Of a DNA stretch of 64,000 nt, positions 49,538-57,867 are shown in pieces. The first letter of the stretch is position 1; every line of letters begins with the position of its first letter. The stretch is from Treponemataceae bacterium. GTDB taxonomy: Bacteria; Spirochaetota; Spirochaetia; Treponematales; Rectinemataceae. Where the stretch lies: positions 1,792,001 through 1,856,000 of the forward strand of contig CAXXHO010000003.1 of assembly GCA_963667725.2 (NCBI GenBank), given 5' to 3'. The notes under the pieces were generated by a model that made no database searches, was not told the DNA's origin, and was given only the letters and a program-made list of their open reading frames with translations. The position numbers and the translations under genes are program-made.

Positions 49538-50641
49538 CTACTCAGCCGCCTCGGGTAGCACGCGCACGAGCGACTCGTTGAAACCGATCGACACGGACTC
49601 GCCTTCGCCGGCTATGCGCTTTTCGGCCGGATCGTCGACCTGCACGAGGATTTCCCCGTACTGCGTCTTCACGAAGACCTCCACGCTCGACCCCAGATAG
49701 ACCCGCGCCGAAACCGTCCCCTCGGCCAAGCCCTGCCCCGGGCTGTGGAGACGCAGCGATTCTGGCCTCGCCATGATCACCGCCTTGTCCCCCGCCGCTA
49801 TCCCATCAGCCTTGTGCCCCGCCCTGACCTTTCTTCCGGCGAGAGAGCACTGACAGGAACCGTCCGCCTCGACAGCGTCCAACGTCACCGGGAAAAACGC
49901 CACCTTGCCCACGAATCCGGCCACGAAGACCGAATTGGGTTTCTCATAGATATCGCTGGGCGAGCCGATCTGCCTGACGAGGCCGTTTTTCATGACGATG
50001 ACCCTGTCCGAAAGACTCATGGCCTCGATCCTGTCGTGCGTGACGTAAATCGCCGTGATGCCGAGCGTTTTCTGGATTCTCCGGATCTCAATGCGCATCT
50101 GCTCGCGCAGGAGGGCATCCAGATTGGAAAGCGGCTCGTCGAGCAGCAGGACCTGGGGCTCCACGACAAGACATCGCGCGAGAGCGACGCGCTGCTGCTG
50201 GCCGCCCGAAAGCCGCCCCGGAGAGCGCTTGGCCAGGTCGGCCAGGCCCACGAGATCGAGGGCTTTCTTCACTCTTTCCTGGATTTCGGATGCCGGCCGC
50301 TTGCGGATCTTGAGCCCGTAGGCCACGTTTTCCTCGACATTGAAATGGGGGAAAAGTCCATAGGACTGAAAAACCGTCGCCGTCTCGCGGCCGTTGGGCG
50401 GCAGATAGGTGACGTCGTTGCCCCCGATGAGGATCTTGCCCTTGGTGGGCAGCTCGAAACCGCCGATCATGCGCAGAGTCGTCGTCTTTCCGCAGCCCGA
50501 GGGTCCGAGCAGCGTGACGAGCTCGCCGGGCTGGATTTCGAAGTTCGCGTCCCGGACGGCATGGACTTCCGCCTTGGTCTTGGGATCCCTGAAAGTCTTG
50601 GACACCATTTCGAGCGTAACAGGTACTGATTGTGCTGCCAT
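49538..50641 (-). CDS. ABC ATP-binding protein (FbpC/AfuC/PotA-like, TOBE)
   Basis: GPSGCGKT, VFQSYGLFPH, LSGGQQQR, DEPLSNLD. Confidence 0.92.
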   Translation of the reverse strand: MAAQSVPVTLEMVSKTFRDPKTKAEVHAVRDANFEIQPGELVTLLGPSGCGKTTTLRMIGGFELPTKGKILIGGNDVTYLPPNGRETATVFQSYGLFPHFNVEENVAYGLKIRKRPASEIQERVKKALDLVGLADLAKRSPGRLSGGQQQRVALARCLVVEPQVLLLDEPLSNLDALLREQMRIEIRRIQKTLGITAIYVTHDRIEAMSLSDRVIVMKNGLVRQIGSPSDIYEKPNSVFVAGFVGKVAFFPVTLDAVEADGSCQCSLAGRKVRAGHKADGIAAGDKAVIMARPESLRLHSPGQGLAEGTVSARVYLGSSVEVFVKTQYGEILVQVDDPAEKRIAGEGESVSIGFNESLVRVLPEAAE

Positions 50642-50656
50642 TCTGAAATCCTTTCC

Positions 50657-52882
50657 TTATTGGACTGAAACAGTTTTTTCCAGATGCTCGCTCTGACGGA
50701 TCAGAAGCCTCATGAGCCCGAAAACCGCGAGGACGATGACGATCAGGGTCGTCGAAAGGACGCTCGCCAGACCGAAACGGATGTTCTCGGAGAAGTTGTA
50801 GATCTGGATGGTGATATGGTACCAGCGCGCGCTGATGAGGAAGATGATGGCGCTCACCGCCGTCATGGAGCGCACGAAGGTGTAGGACATGGACGAGATG
50901 AAGGCCGGCCTGATGAGGGGCATGATGATCGTCCTGAAGATCACGGACTGGTCGGCGCCGAGATCGGCGGCCGCCTCCTCGATGGAGGGGTCTATCTGCC
51001 TCAGGGCGGCCACGCCGCCCTCCAGCCCGACGGGAAGCTCGCGTATCACGTAGTTGATGACGAGGATGGCTCCCGTTCCAACAAGGAGAAGCGGCGGCTT
51101 GTTGAAAGCCAAAATATAGCTGATGCCCACGAGGGTTCCGGGGAGGGCGAACGGGGTCATGATCAAGCCTTCGAGAATCTTCTTGCCCGGGAATTTCTTG
51201 CGCACGACGATGACGGCCGCGACCATGGCCAGGATGCCGGCGATGGGCGTCGCCATGCCCGCCAGCGCCATCGTGGAGAAGAGCGCCTGCTTGCCCCGCG
51301 TCAGGGCTTCGCCGAAATTGGCCAAAGTGAAGGTATAGTCGATGCCCCAGTTCTTGACGAAACAGCCCGCGACAATGGTCCCGTAGAGGGCGACGATGAA
51401 GACGCTCACAGCGGCGACAAAGGCCACCAGGCCTTTTCTTGCCCCCGGGGAAGCCAGGTCTGAAAGCCTCATCGAAGGCTTTCCGGTAACAACGACGAAG
51501 GACTTCTTGTTCACCCAGGAACGCTGGACGAAAAACGCGCTCAGCGTGGGAAGAAGCAGAAGTATGGACAGGGCGGCTCCGTTGGACAGCCGGTTCATCC
51601 CGGTCACTTCGATATAGGACTCCACGGACAGGACGCGATAGGACCCGCCCAAAAGAAGGGGGTTGGCGAAATCGGCCAGGGAGTTCGTGAAGACGAGGAG
51701 CCAGGACGACAATATCCCGGGGAAGGCCAGCGGCAGGGTCACGTGCGTGAAGGTGTGCCATCGCGACGCGTTCAGGTCGAGGGAAGCGTCCTCGAGGGTC
51801 GAGTCTATGGCCTGCAGCACCCCCTGCATGGTGAGAAAGGCGATGGGGAACATCGAAATCGTCTGCACGACGGTGAGCCCGCCCAGTCCGTAAATGCTGA
51901 AATTTTCGAGTCCCAGAAGCCGTTTCGTGATCAGCCCATTGTTGCCGAAAAGGAGGATGATCGACAGCGTGAGGGAGAAAGGCGGCGATATCACCGGCAT
52001 CGTCGCGAGCGCCGTCACCAGTTTTTTCCCCTTCATGCTGGTTCTTGCCACGGCGAAGGCGAAAATGAAGCCGATGAAGGTCGATGCCGTAGCGGTGTAG
52101 ATTCCCAGATGAATCGATCCCCACAGAGCCTTCAGGTATTGGGTATTGCCGAGGACCGTCTTCCAGGTGGCGAAGGTAAACCTTTCGTTGGTGACGAAGG
52201 TAAGCCTGACGGCCTCGAAAAGCGGGTAGGCCACAAAGGCTATGACCACGGCGAAAAGAACGAGAATGGCGTAGCCGGTGATGGGATCCCTTGAAAAAGT
52301 GGCCACGCCGAAGGCGAGCGCGAAAAGCAGGAAGGCTATCAGCGTAAAGCCGTCCAGGAGGGAAGCGAAGGACGAGGTTCTTGCCGCGTCCACGGCGATG
52401 AGGACAAAGCCTGACGCCGCGTCGTTCGTCTCGTTCACGATAGGCGCCACGACGAGATTTTGCTCCGAATCGCCTACCCTGACGGATTCAGGGAGAATGT
52501 ACGTTTCAAGGTAGGAGACCGAGTCTACCGCCTCCAGGAGGACGGGCGAATCCACGGCCTGGGAGTTCCAGTAGGCTATAAGCCCGGCATCGCCAGCGAC
52601 TTCGTGATAGCCATCTTCCCCGGGCAGCCCCATGAAATAATAGAAGGAATAGCCGGGATAGCTCTGCAGAAGCCCATCCAGCCAATCCGTCGCCAGGGCC
52701 TCATCCCTGGGAGCCGATCTGGCGATCGCCAGCGCCAGCGTCTTCGAGTTCTGCGTCATGCTTTTTTCGAAGCTGGTCTTCACGGTCGAGAACATCCACA
52801 GATCGGCGGCCAGAAAAACGGCGCAGGCGGCAATAAAAATCAGAATTTTCTTTTTCGTGAACACGATTCGTTCATCTCCCAT
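50657..52882 (-). CDS. FbpB/AfuB-type double-domain ABC permease with extra N-terminal extracytoplasmic domain
   Basis: ISPPF, LEDASLDL, ADFANP, EEAAADLGA; about 190-aa N-terminal extension; start ATG 52882 or GTG 52864. Confidence 0.85.
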   Translation of the reverse strand: MGDERIVFTKKKILIFIAACAVFLAADLWMFSTVKTSFEKSMTQNSKTLALAIARSAPRDEALATDWLDGLLQSYPGYSFYYFMGLPGEDGYHEVAGDAGLIAYWNSQAVDSPVLLEAVDSVSYLETYILPESVRVGDSEQNLVVAPIVNETNDAASGFVLIAVDAARTSSFASLLDGFTLIAFLLFALAFGVATFSRDPITGYAILVLFAVVIAFVAYPLFEAVRLTFVTNERFTFATWKTVLGNTQYLKALWGSIHLGIYTATASTFIGFIFAFAVARTSMKGKKLVTALATMPVISPPFSLTLSIILLFGNNGLITKRLLGLENFSIYGLGGLTVVQTISMFPIAFLTMQGVLQAIDSTLEDASLDLNASRWHTFTHVTLPLAFPGILSSWLLVFTNSLADFANPLLLGGSYRVLSVESYIEVTGMNRLSNGAALSILLLLPTLSAFFVQRSWVNKKSFVVVTGKPSMRLSDLASPGARKGLVAFVAAVSVFIVALYGTIVAGCFVKNWGIDYTFTLANFGEALTRGKQALFSTMALAGMATPIAGILAMVAAVIVVRKKFPGKKILEGLIMTPFALPGTLVGISYILAFNKPPLLLVGTGAILVINYVIRELPVGLEGGVAALRQIDPSIEEAAADLGADQSVIFRTIIMPLIRPAFISSMSYTFVRSMTAVSAIIFLISARWYHITIQIYNFSENIRFGLASVLSTTLIVIVLAVFGLMRLLIRQSEHLEKTVSVQ

Positions 52883-53015
52883 AAATACAAAGGCAACCGG
52901 ACAATCAACCGACGGCGACTGCCGCATTCGGCTCAACATCCAGTTGCCTTTCAGCGCTTACCCGATCATATGATGATCGGGCGGAGTCATCTCATCGGGA
53001 TGAAAGGAATCCTGC

Positions 53016-54011
53016 TCAGCGTTTGGATCCGATTTCCTTTACCCAACGCTCGAGAAGCCTTTCCTTGTTGCCGGCGTCCCAGACGATATCCTGCTTGACC
53101 GTCTTTACTTCGGTCATGCTGAAGGCGGCCGGATTTTTCTTAGCCAGCTTGGAGAGCGGGACGACATACCACTTCGCGATGATTTCCTGGGCTTCGGGCT
53201 GGAGAACCCAGTCATAGAGCTTTTTCGCGTTGACGGGATCGGGTCCGCCCTTCACGAGAGACATGGAGGCAATCTCGAAACCAGTGCCTTCGGCGGGAAT
53301 CGTGAGCGTGACGTCGGCGCCCTGAACCTTGAGCTTGACCTGGTCGTGCGCATACCCAATGCCGACGGGAATCTCGCCGATAGCGACGCTTTTCCCAGGC
53401 GCCGAACCGGATTTCGTGTACTGGTCGATGTTCTTGTCGAGTTCCCTTAGATAGCTGAAAACCTTCTCCTCATCGCCATTGAACACGTAGCGGAGCGTTG
53501 TCACCAGATTGTATGCCGTTCCCGATGTCGTGGGATTGGGCATGCGGATTTTGCCTTTGTATTCCGGCTTGAGAAGGTCGGCCCAGGACTTCGGCGGCTG
53601 AATTCCCTGTTCTTTGGCGATCTTGTTGTTGGTGATGAAGGAGAGGGGGCCGAGGTAAAGTCCTACCCAGTAGTTTTCCGTGTCGCGGTATTCAGCCGGG
53701 GTATTGGCGAGCATCTTGGATTTGTAGGGAGTCGTGAGTCCCTTGATCTTGGCGCTCATGTGGTTGAGTCCGACGCCGCCGACCCAGATGGATGCCTGGG
53801 GATTGGCTTTTTCGGCTTCCAGCCTGCTCTCCACTTCTCCGCCCGAGAGTCTCTGCCAGCTTATCTGGATGCCGGTTTCTTTCTGGAACTGGTCGAAGAG
53901 TTCCTTGGCGAGGGGTTCCTCGAGCGTCGTGTAGACGCCGACTTTCTGCTGGGCGGTCACAAAACCCGTCGCGAGCATGAGGACGACGAAAAGCGTCAAT
54001 AAACGTTTCAT
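53016..54011 (-). CDS. ABC substrate-binding protein (AfuA/FbpA-like; sugar-phosphate or iron)
   Basis: RLSGGE...EAEKANPQASIWVGG, PNPTTSGTAY, QYTKSGSAP, YAHD, EGTGFEI. Confidence 0.85.
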   Translation of the reverse strand: MKRLLTLFVVLMLATGFVTAQQKVGVYTTLEEPLAKELFDQFQKETGIQISWQRLSGGEVESRLEAEKANPQASIWVGGVGLNHMSAKIKGLTTPYKSKMLANTPAEYRDTENYWVGLYLGPLSFITNNKIAKEQGIQPPKSWADLLKPEYKGKIRMPNPTTSGTAYNLVTTLRYVFNGDEEKVFSYLRELDKNIDQYTKSGSAPGKSVAIGEIPVGIGYAHDQVKLKVQGADVTLTIPAEGTGFEIASMSLVKGGPDPVNAKKLYDWVLQPEAQEIIAKWYVVPLSKLAKKNPAAFSMTEVKTVKQDIVWDAGNKERLLERWVKEIGSKR

Positions 54012-54052
54012 TTTAGCCTCCGAAAAAACGAGTTGAAATATTTGACATGCCC

Positions 54053-54106
54053 ATAATAAGCCCGCCAGATAAAATTCGCAATATACAAGCTCCTAAAACC
54101 GGTTTT
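54053..54106 (-). promoter_or_regulatory. sigma70-type promoter with adjacent LacI-type palindrome
   Basis: TTGCGA-17-TATTAT (54081-54053); palindrome AAAACCGGTTTT at 54095-54106. Confidence 0.5.
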
Positions 54107-54369
54107 CACTGGTGTTTCTTTTTGACACATTATATTGGGCGTTTTTAACACAGGCGTATCCAGGGGAAACATAAAAAACGGGAATCCCGAAACCCTGTTT
54201 CCGCCAATATCGCGGACGACCGAAAGCCTGAACTTTTCGACCTCCCTTAGGTCAGCCATCAAGACAGCAGGCTTTCCACGGGAATCGATGAATAACCTAA
54301 ATCTATTCAATATATACAATTAAAGTTTTTAAAATTTTCTGATAATTTTTTGTGATGTTTTTATTATTT

Positions 54370-54385
54370 TGGCACGATTTGTGCA
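54370..54385 (+). promoter_or_regulatory. sigma54 (-24/-12) promoter of hsp20
   Basis: TGGCACGATTTGTGCA: GG-N10-GC spacing, preceded by an AT-rich tract. Confidence 0.7.
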
Positions 54386-54489
54386 TAATAATAGATGGGC
54401 GCCAAAAAGGGCCCCGCCAGGATGAGGCGGCTTGTAGAGCCGAAGCCCATCCGGCGAATTCCGGAAATTCCGGATTTTTGGAGGTTTTT

Positions 54490-54909
54490 ATGAATAACGT
54501 AACGCTTTATGGAAGCAATCCCTTCGATCTCATCGACCAGATGTTCAGCGGCGACGAATTCCTCTATCCTCAGTTCCGAACCCCGGCCATCGATGTCCGC
54601 GACGAAGAGAACCGCTATATAATCGAGGCTGAGCTTCCCGGCTATTCCGAGAAGGACATCAAACTCGAACTCAAGGACGGCACGCTTTCCCTCTCCACCG
54701 CGAAAAGCGATGCGGAAGGAGAAAAGAACGAAAAGGGCCGCTGGCTGCATAGGGAGCGCAGGGAATTCCGCTTCTCCCGCTCTTTCTCCCTTCCCGAAGA
54801 TGTGGATGCGGAGAAAATCGAGGCGAAATATAGGGATGGCCTCCTGACGATCTCTCTCGAGAAAAAGCCGGAGTCTTCTCCCCGCCTCGTTCCGGTAAAA
54901 GCGGCGTAA
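54490..54909 (+). CDS. Hsp20/alpha-crystallin small heat-shock protein
   Basis: PAIDVRD, AELPG, RER, FSRSFSLP, AKYRDGLLTI, C-terminal VPV; GGAGG SD. Confidence 0.93.
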   Translation: MNNVTLYGSNPFDLIDQMFSGDEFLYPQFRTPAIDVRDEENRYIIEAELPGYSEKDIKLELKDGTLSLSTAKSDAEGEKNEKGRWLHRERREFRFSRSFSLPEDVDAEKIEAKYRDGLLTISLEKKPESSPRLVPVKAA

Positions 54910-54930
54910 GGCTTCCAGTCCGAATCGATC

Positions 54931-54973
54931 GGGGCTGCCCGCGAGACAATCGCGGGCGGCCCCATTTTTTTTT
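54931..54973 (+). terminator. Intrinsic terminator after hsp20
   Basis: GGGGCTGCCCGCGA...TCGCGGGCGGCCCC followed by A and T9. Confidence 0.85.
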
Positions 54974-54987
54974 GAATTTGGTAACTC

Positions 54988-55001
54988 GTAACATATGTTA
55001 C
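54988..55001. promoter_or_regulatory. Palindromic operator, candidate Crp/Fnr-family (HcpR-type) site
   Basis: Perfect palindrome GTAACATATGTTAC upstream of a TATACT -10 box and the Fe-S protein gene. Confidence 0.55.
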
Positions 55002-55080
55002 AGATCATCGATGCGCGCCGCCATATACTCAGCATGAAAAACGGCAGGAATTGGCCGGCAGACCACAAGGCGAGGGAAAA

Positions 55081-55935
55081 ATGGCGAAACGCACGATAAT
55101 CGAAATAGATCAGGATCTCTGCAACGGCTGCGGCTCCTGCGAAACAGGATGCCCCGAAGGAGCCCTGAAAGTCATAGACGGAAAGGCCAGGCTCGTCGGC
55201 GAAAGCCTCTGCGACGGGCTGGGCGCATGCATCGGCCGCTGTCCCGTGGACGCGATTCATGTCATCGAAAGAGAGGCCGACGCCTACGACGAGGTCGCCG
55301 TGCTCAAGGAAATACTCTCTCAGGGTCAGAGCGTCGTGCGGGCGCATTTCGCCCATCTCGATCACCACGGCCAGGACCTTTATCTGGAAAGGGCTGTCGC
55401 CTATCTCTCAGCCCAGAACATCGCCATTCCCCAAGGATACGAACGCTTCGGGCAGAAAAAAACCGCGCCGGCCTTCGTAAAATCCTGCGGCGTCTTTTCG
55501 GCGCTCAAGGAAAAAACGGCCTCGGCCGCGGAATCCATCCCATCGAAGCCTTCCGGCGTCTCGGCGCTCAAGAATTGGCCGATCCAGCTCCATCTGGTGA
55601 ATCCCCGGGCTCCCCATTTCACCGACGCCGATATCGTCATCGCCGCCGACTGCACGGCCTTCGCGCTGGGCTCCTTCCATGCCGACATCATCGAGGGAAA
55701 ATCCCTCGTCATCGCCTGCCCGAAGCTGGATTCGGGGAAGGATATCTACCTTTCCAAGTTGGCCGCCATATTGCGGCAAGCCCGAAGCGCTTCGGTCGTC
55801 ATCATGGAAGTGCCCTGCTGCTCTGGTCTCGTAAAGCTGGTTCAGGAAGCTCGGTCCATGGCAGGAGCGACGTTGCCGATCGAGATTCTCATCATCGGGA
55901 TAGATGGCGGATTCGTCGCCAGGAAAACAGTTTGA
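55081..55935 (+). CDS. 4Fe-4S dicluster protein (FrdX-like, usually hcp-associated)
   Basis: CNGCGSCETGCP, CDGLGACIGRCP, WPIQLHLV, AADC, ACPKLD, MEVPCC. Confidence 0.85.
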   Translation: MAKRTIIEIDQDLCNGCGSCETGCPEGALKVIDGKARLVGESLCDGLGACIGRCPVDAIHVIEREADAYDEVAVLKEILSQGQSVVRAHFAHLDHHGQDLYLERAVAYLSAQNIAIPQGYERFGQKKTAPAFVKSCGVFSALKEKTASAAESIPSKPSGVSALKNWPIQLHLVNPRAPHFTDADIVIAADCTAFALGSFHADIIEGKSLVIACPKLDSGKDIYLSKLAAILRQARSASVVIMEVPCCSGLVKLVQEARSMAGATLPIEILIIGIDGGFVARKTV

Positions 55936-55994
55936 TTCTTGTAAGGTGCGGGATGTATAATCAAGCACTATAATTTACTTTTATGGAGGGGATT

Positions 55995-56225
55995 ATGGCG
56001 GACAAATCATCAAAAAATCCCGGCAATGTCGCGGGAAAATGGTATGTGGATTCGACATGCATAGGCTGTGCCCTGTGCAACGGCACGGCGCCCGACGTTT
56101 TCGCCATGACCGACGACGGATCGCTGGCCTTCGTCGCCAAGCAGCCAGGCCCGGGCGGCGAGACGGAGCTGGCGGTACAGGCGCTCAGCGACTGCCCCGT
56201 GGGAGCTATCGGCAACGACGCTTAA
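55995..56225 (+). CDS. Single-cluster ferredoxin
   Basis: YVDSTCIGCALC...CPVGAI; GGAGG SD; TTGATT-18-TATAAT upstream. Confidence 0.88.
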   Translation: MADKSSKNPGNVAGKWYVDSTCIGCALCNGTAPDVFAMTDDGSLAFVAKQPGPGGETELAVQALSDCPVGAIGNDA

Positions 56226-56248
56226 GCCCGGCGACCGCCGCGGCTCCT

Positions 56249-56281
56249 TGGGGCGGGCGGGATCGCGATCCTGCCCGCCCC
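56249..56281. terminator. GC-rich hairpin between convergent genes
   Basis: GGGGCGGGCGGGATC/GATCCTGCCCGCCCC; no clear U-tract. Confidence 0.5.
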
Positions 56282-56284
56282 GCC

Positions 56285-57400
56285 TCACATCAAATTCTCG
56301 GGATTGAGCCTCTCGAGTTCCGGCAGCACAAACCGGCCGTCTTTCCTCGCGAGCCTGCCGTCCAGCCAGATTTCCCCGCCTCCCGACGCCTCGTCCTGTT
56401 TGAGCACGAGGTCCCAGTGCAGGCTCGACCGGTTGCCGTTGAAACAGTCGTCGTAGGAATTCCCCGGCGTAATGTGCACCGAGCCGGCTATCTTCTCGTC
56501 GAACAAGGTGTCCAGCAGTGGCTGCGTGATGTAGGGATTCACGCCGAAGGCGAACTCGCCCAGATATCGCGCGCCCTCATCTATGTCGAGCATCGCGTTG
56601 ACGCGCTTCGTGTCGTTGGCCCGCGCGTCCACGATCTTCCCGTTCTTGAATTCGAACCTCACCTGCTCGAACTTGAATCCATCCTTTTCGCTCGGCGTAT
56701 TGTAGCTTAAGACCCCATTCGCCGAATCCCTCACGGGAGCCGTATACACTTCCCCGTCGGGGATGTTCATCGTCCCGTCGCACTTGATGGCGGGCAGGCC
56801 CTTGATCGAAAAAGCGAGATCGGTGCCCGGGCCCAGTACCCGAACCTTGTCCGTGCGTTCGAGAAGTTTCACCAGGGGATCCATGCCTTTCGACATTTTG
56901 GCGTAATCCATGGTGCAGACATCGAAGAAATAATCCTCGAAAGCCGCTTCGCTCATGGCCGCGTTCTGAGCCATCGCCGGCGACGGATAGCGGAGCACCA
57001 CCCATCTCGTGTGCGGGACTCTCTGCTCGATATGCACTTTTTTCCAGATATGCTTATTATACAGATCCATCTTTTCCGCCGGCAGATCCTTCCAGGCGAA
57101 AGCGTTGCGCAGGCTCGTGAATCCAATAAACGCGTCCATTTTCTTCATCCGCTCGAGCTCGAACTCGGCCTGGAGGACAAACTGCTCCTCAGGACCGTTC
57201 AAATACAGTTCCCTCTCCACGGCCTTGTCGCGGAGCGCCACGAAAGCCAGCCCTCCCGCCGCGTGAACCGCGCCCACGAGCGCCTTGACGAATTCCGGTT
57301 CCGCGTTCGTGTCCTGTATAAGTACTTTTTCGCCTTTTTTCACCATAACCGAATAATTGACCAGGATGTCGGCCAACCTCCGTATCCTCGGGTCCACCAT
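56285..57400 (-). CDS. M29 family aminopeptidase (AmpS/PepS-like)
   Basis: MVDPRIRRLA, NIPDGEVYTAP, LGEFAFG, LFDEKIAGSVH, SLHWDLV. Confidence 0.92.
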   Translation of the reverse strand: MVDPRIRRLADILVNYSVMVKKGEKVLIQDTNAEPEFVKALVGAVHAAGGLAFVALRDKAVERELYLNGPEEQFVLQAEFELERMKKMDAFIGFTSLRNAFAWKDLPAEKMDLYNKHIWKKVHIEQRVPHTRWVVLRYPSPAMAQNAAMSEAAFEDYFFDVCTMDYAKMSKGMDPLVKLLERTDKVRVLGPGTDLAFSIKGLPAIKCDGTMNIPDGEVYTAPVRDSANGVLSYNTPSEKDGFKFEQVRFEFKNGKIVDARANDTKRVNAMLDIDEGARYLGEFAFGVNPYITQPLLDTLFDEKIAGSVHITPGNSYDDCFNGNRSSLHWDLVLKQDEASGGGEIWLDGRLARKDGRFVLPELERLNPENLM

Positions 57401-57514
57401 GTGTCATCTCCTCTTGAAGCTTCTATCGACCCGGCCTGCCGGCTGGAACGTTCTCAACGATATCCTAGCCTCGGCGCCTCGACAAAATAGGGCCTTTCCT
57501 TCATACTTATCATC

Positions 57515-57808
57515 ATGAGCGAAGAACTTCCATCCTGTTCTGGTCCTTTCGGCGGGGTCCAGATAGAATACCCCGTCCACTTCGACCTGCGCATCATCTA
57601 CAGCAAGGCCGAAGCCCAGGATATGGCCGCGGCTCTTGAAGCCACCTTAAAGCGAATCGCCGTTCCCTGCTCCATCATACAGGGTGTGGCCAAGCCCGAC
57701 GGGAAATACGGCCGCATGGGTGCCAGGGTTACCGTCGATTCCAAGCGGACGATGGACAGGCTCTACGCCGAAGTATCCAAGCTGCCGGGCATCAAGGCCG
57801 TCATTTAG
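57515..57808 (+). CDS. DUF493 (YbeD-like) protein
   Basis: IEYPVHF, GKY, MDRLYAEVSKLPGIKAVI; 97 aa. Confidence 0.75.
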   Translation: MSEELPSCSGPFGGVQIEYPVHFDLRIIYSKAEAQDMAAALEATLKRIAVPCSIIQGVAKPDGKYGRMGARVTVDSKRTMDRLYAEVSKLPGIKAVI

Positions 57809-57867
57809 GCGCCCTCGTCGAATCCTCGGTCGACGCCCTCCTCGAAGACCCCGGCTGGCGTCGTAGC

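Noticed and set aside
54369..54395. CIRCE element before hsp20
   Set aside because: Only TTGGCAC resembles the left arm and there is no GAGTGCTAA right arm; it fits a sigma54 promoter better
54394..54451. tRNA-like cloverleaf
   Set aside because: Too short (58 nt), no TTCGA T-loop or CCA; treated as 5' UTR structure
55034..55099. Short out-of-frame upstream ORF before the Fe-S protein
   Set aside because: Its ATG is only 4 nt after the -10 box, so it is probably not in the transcript; no other support
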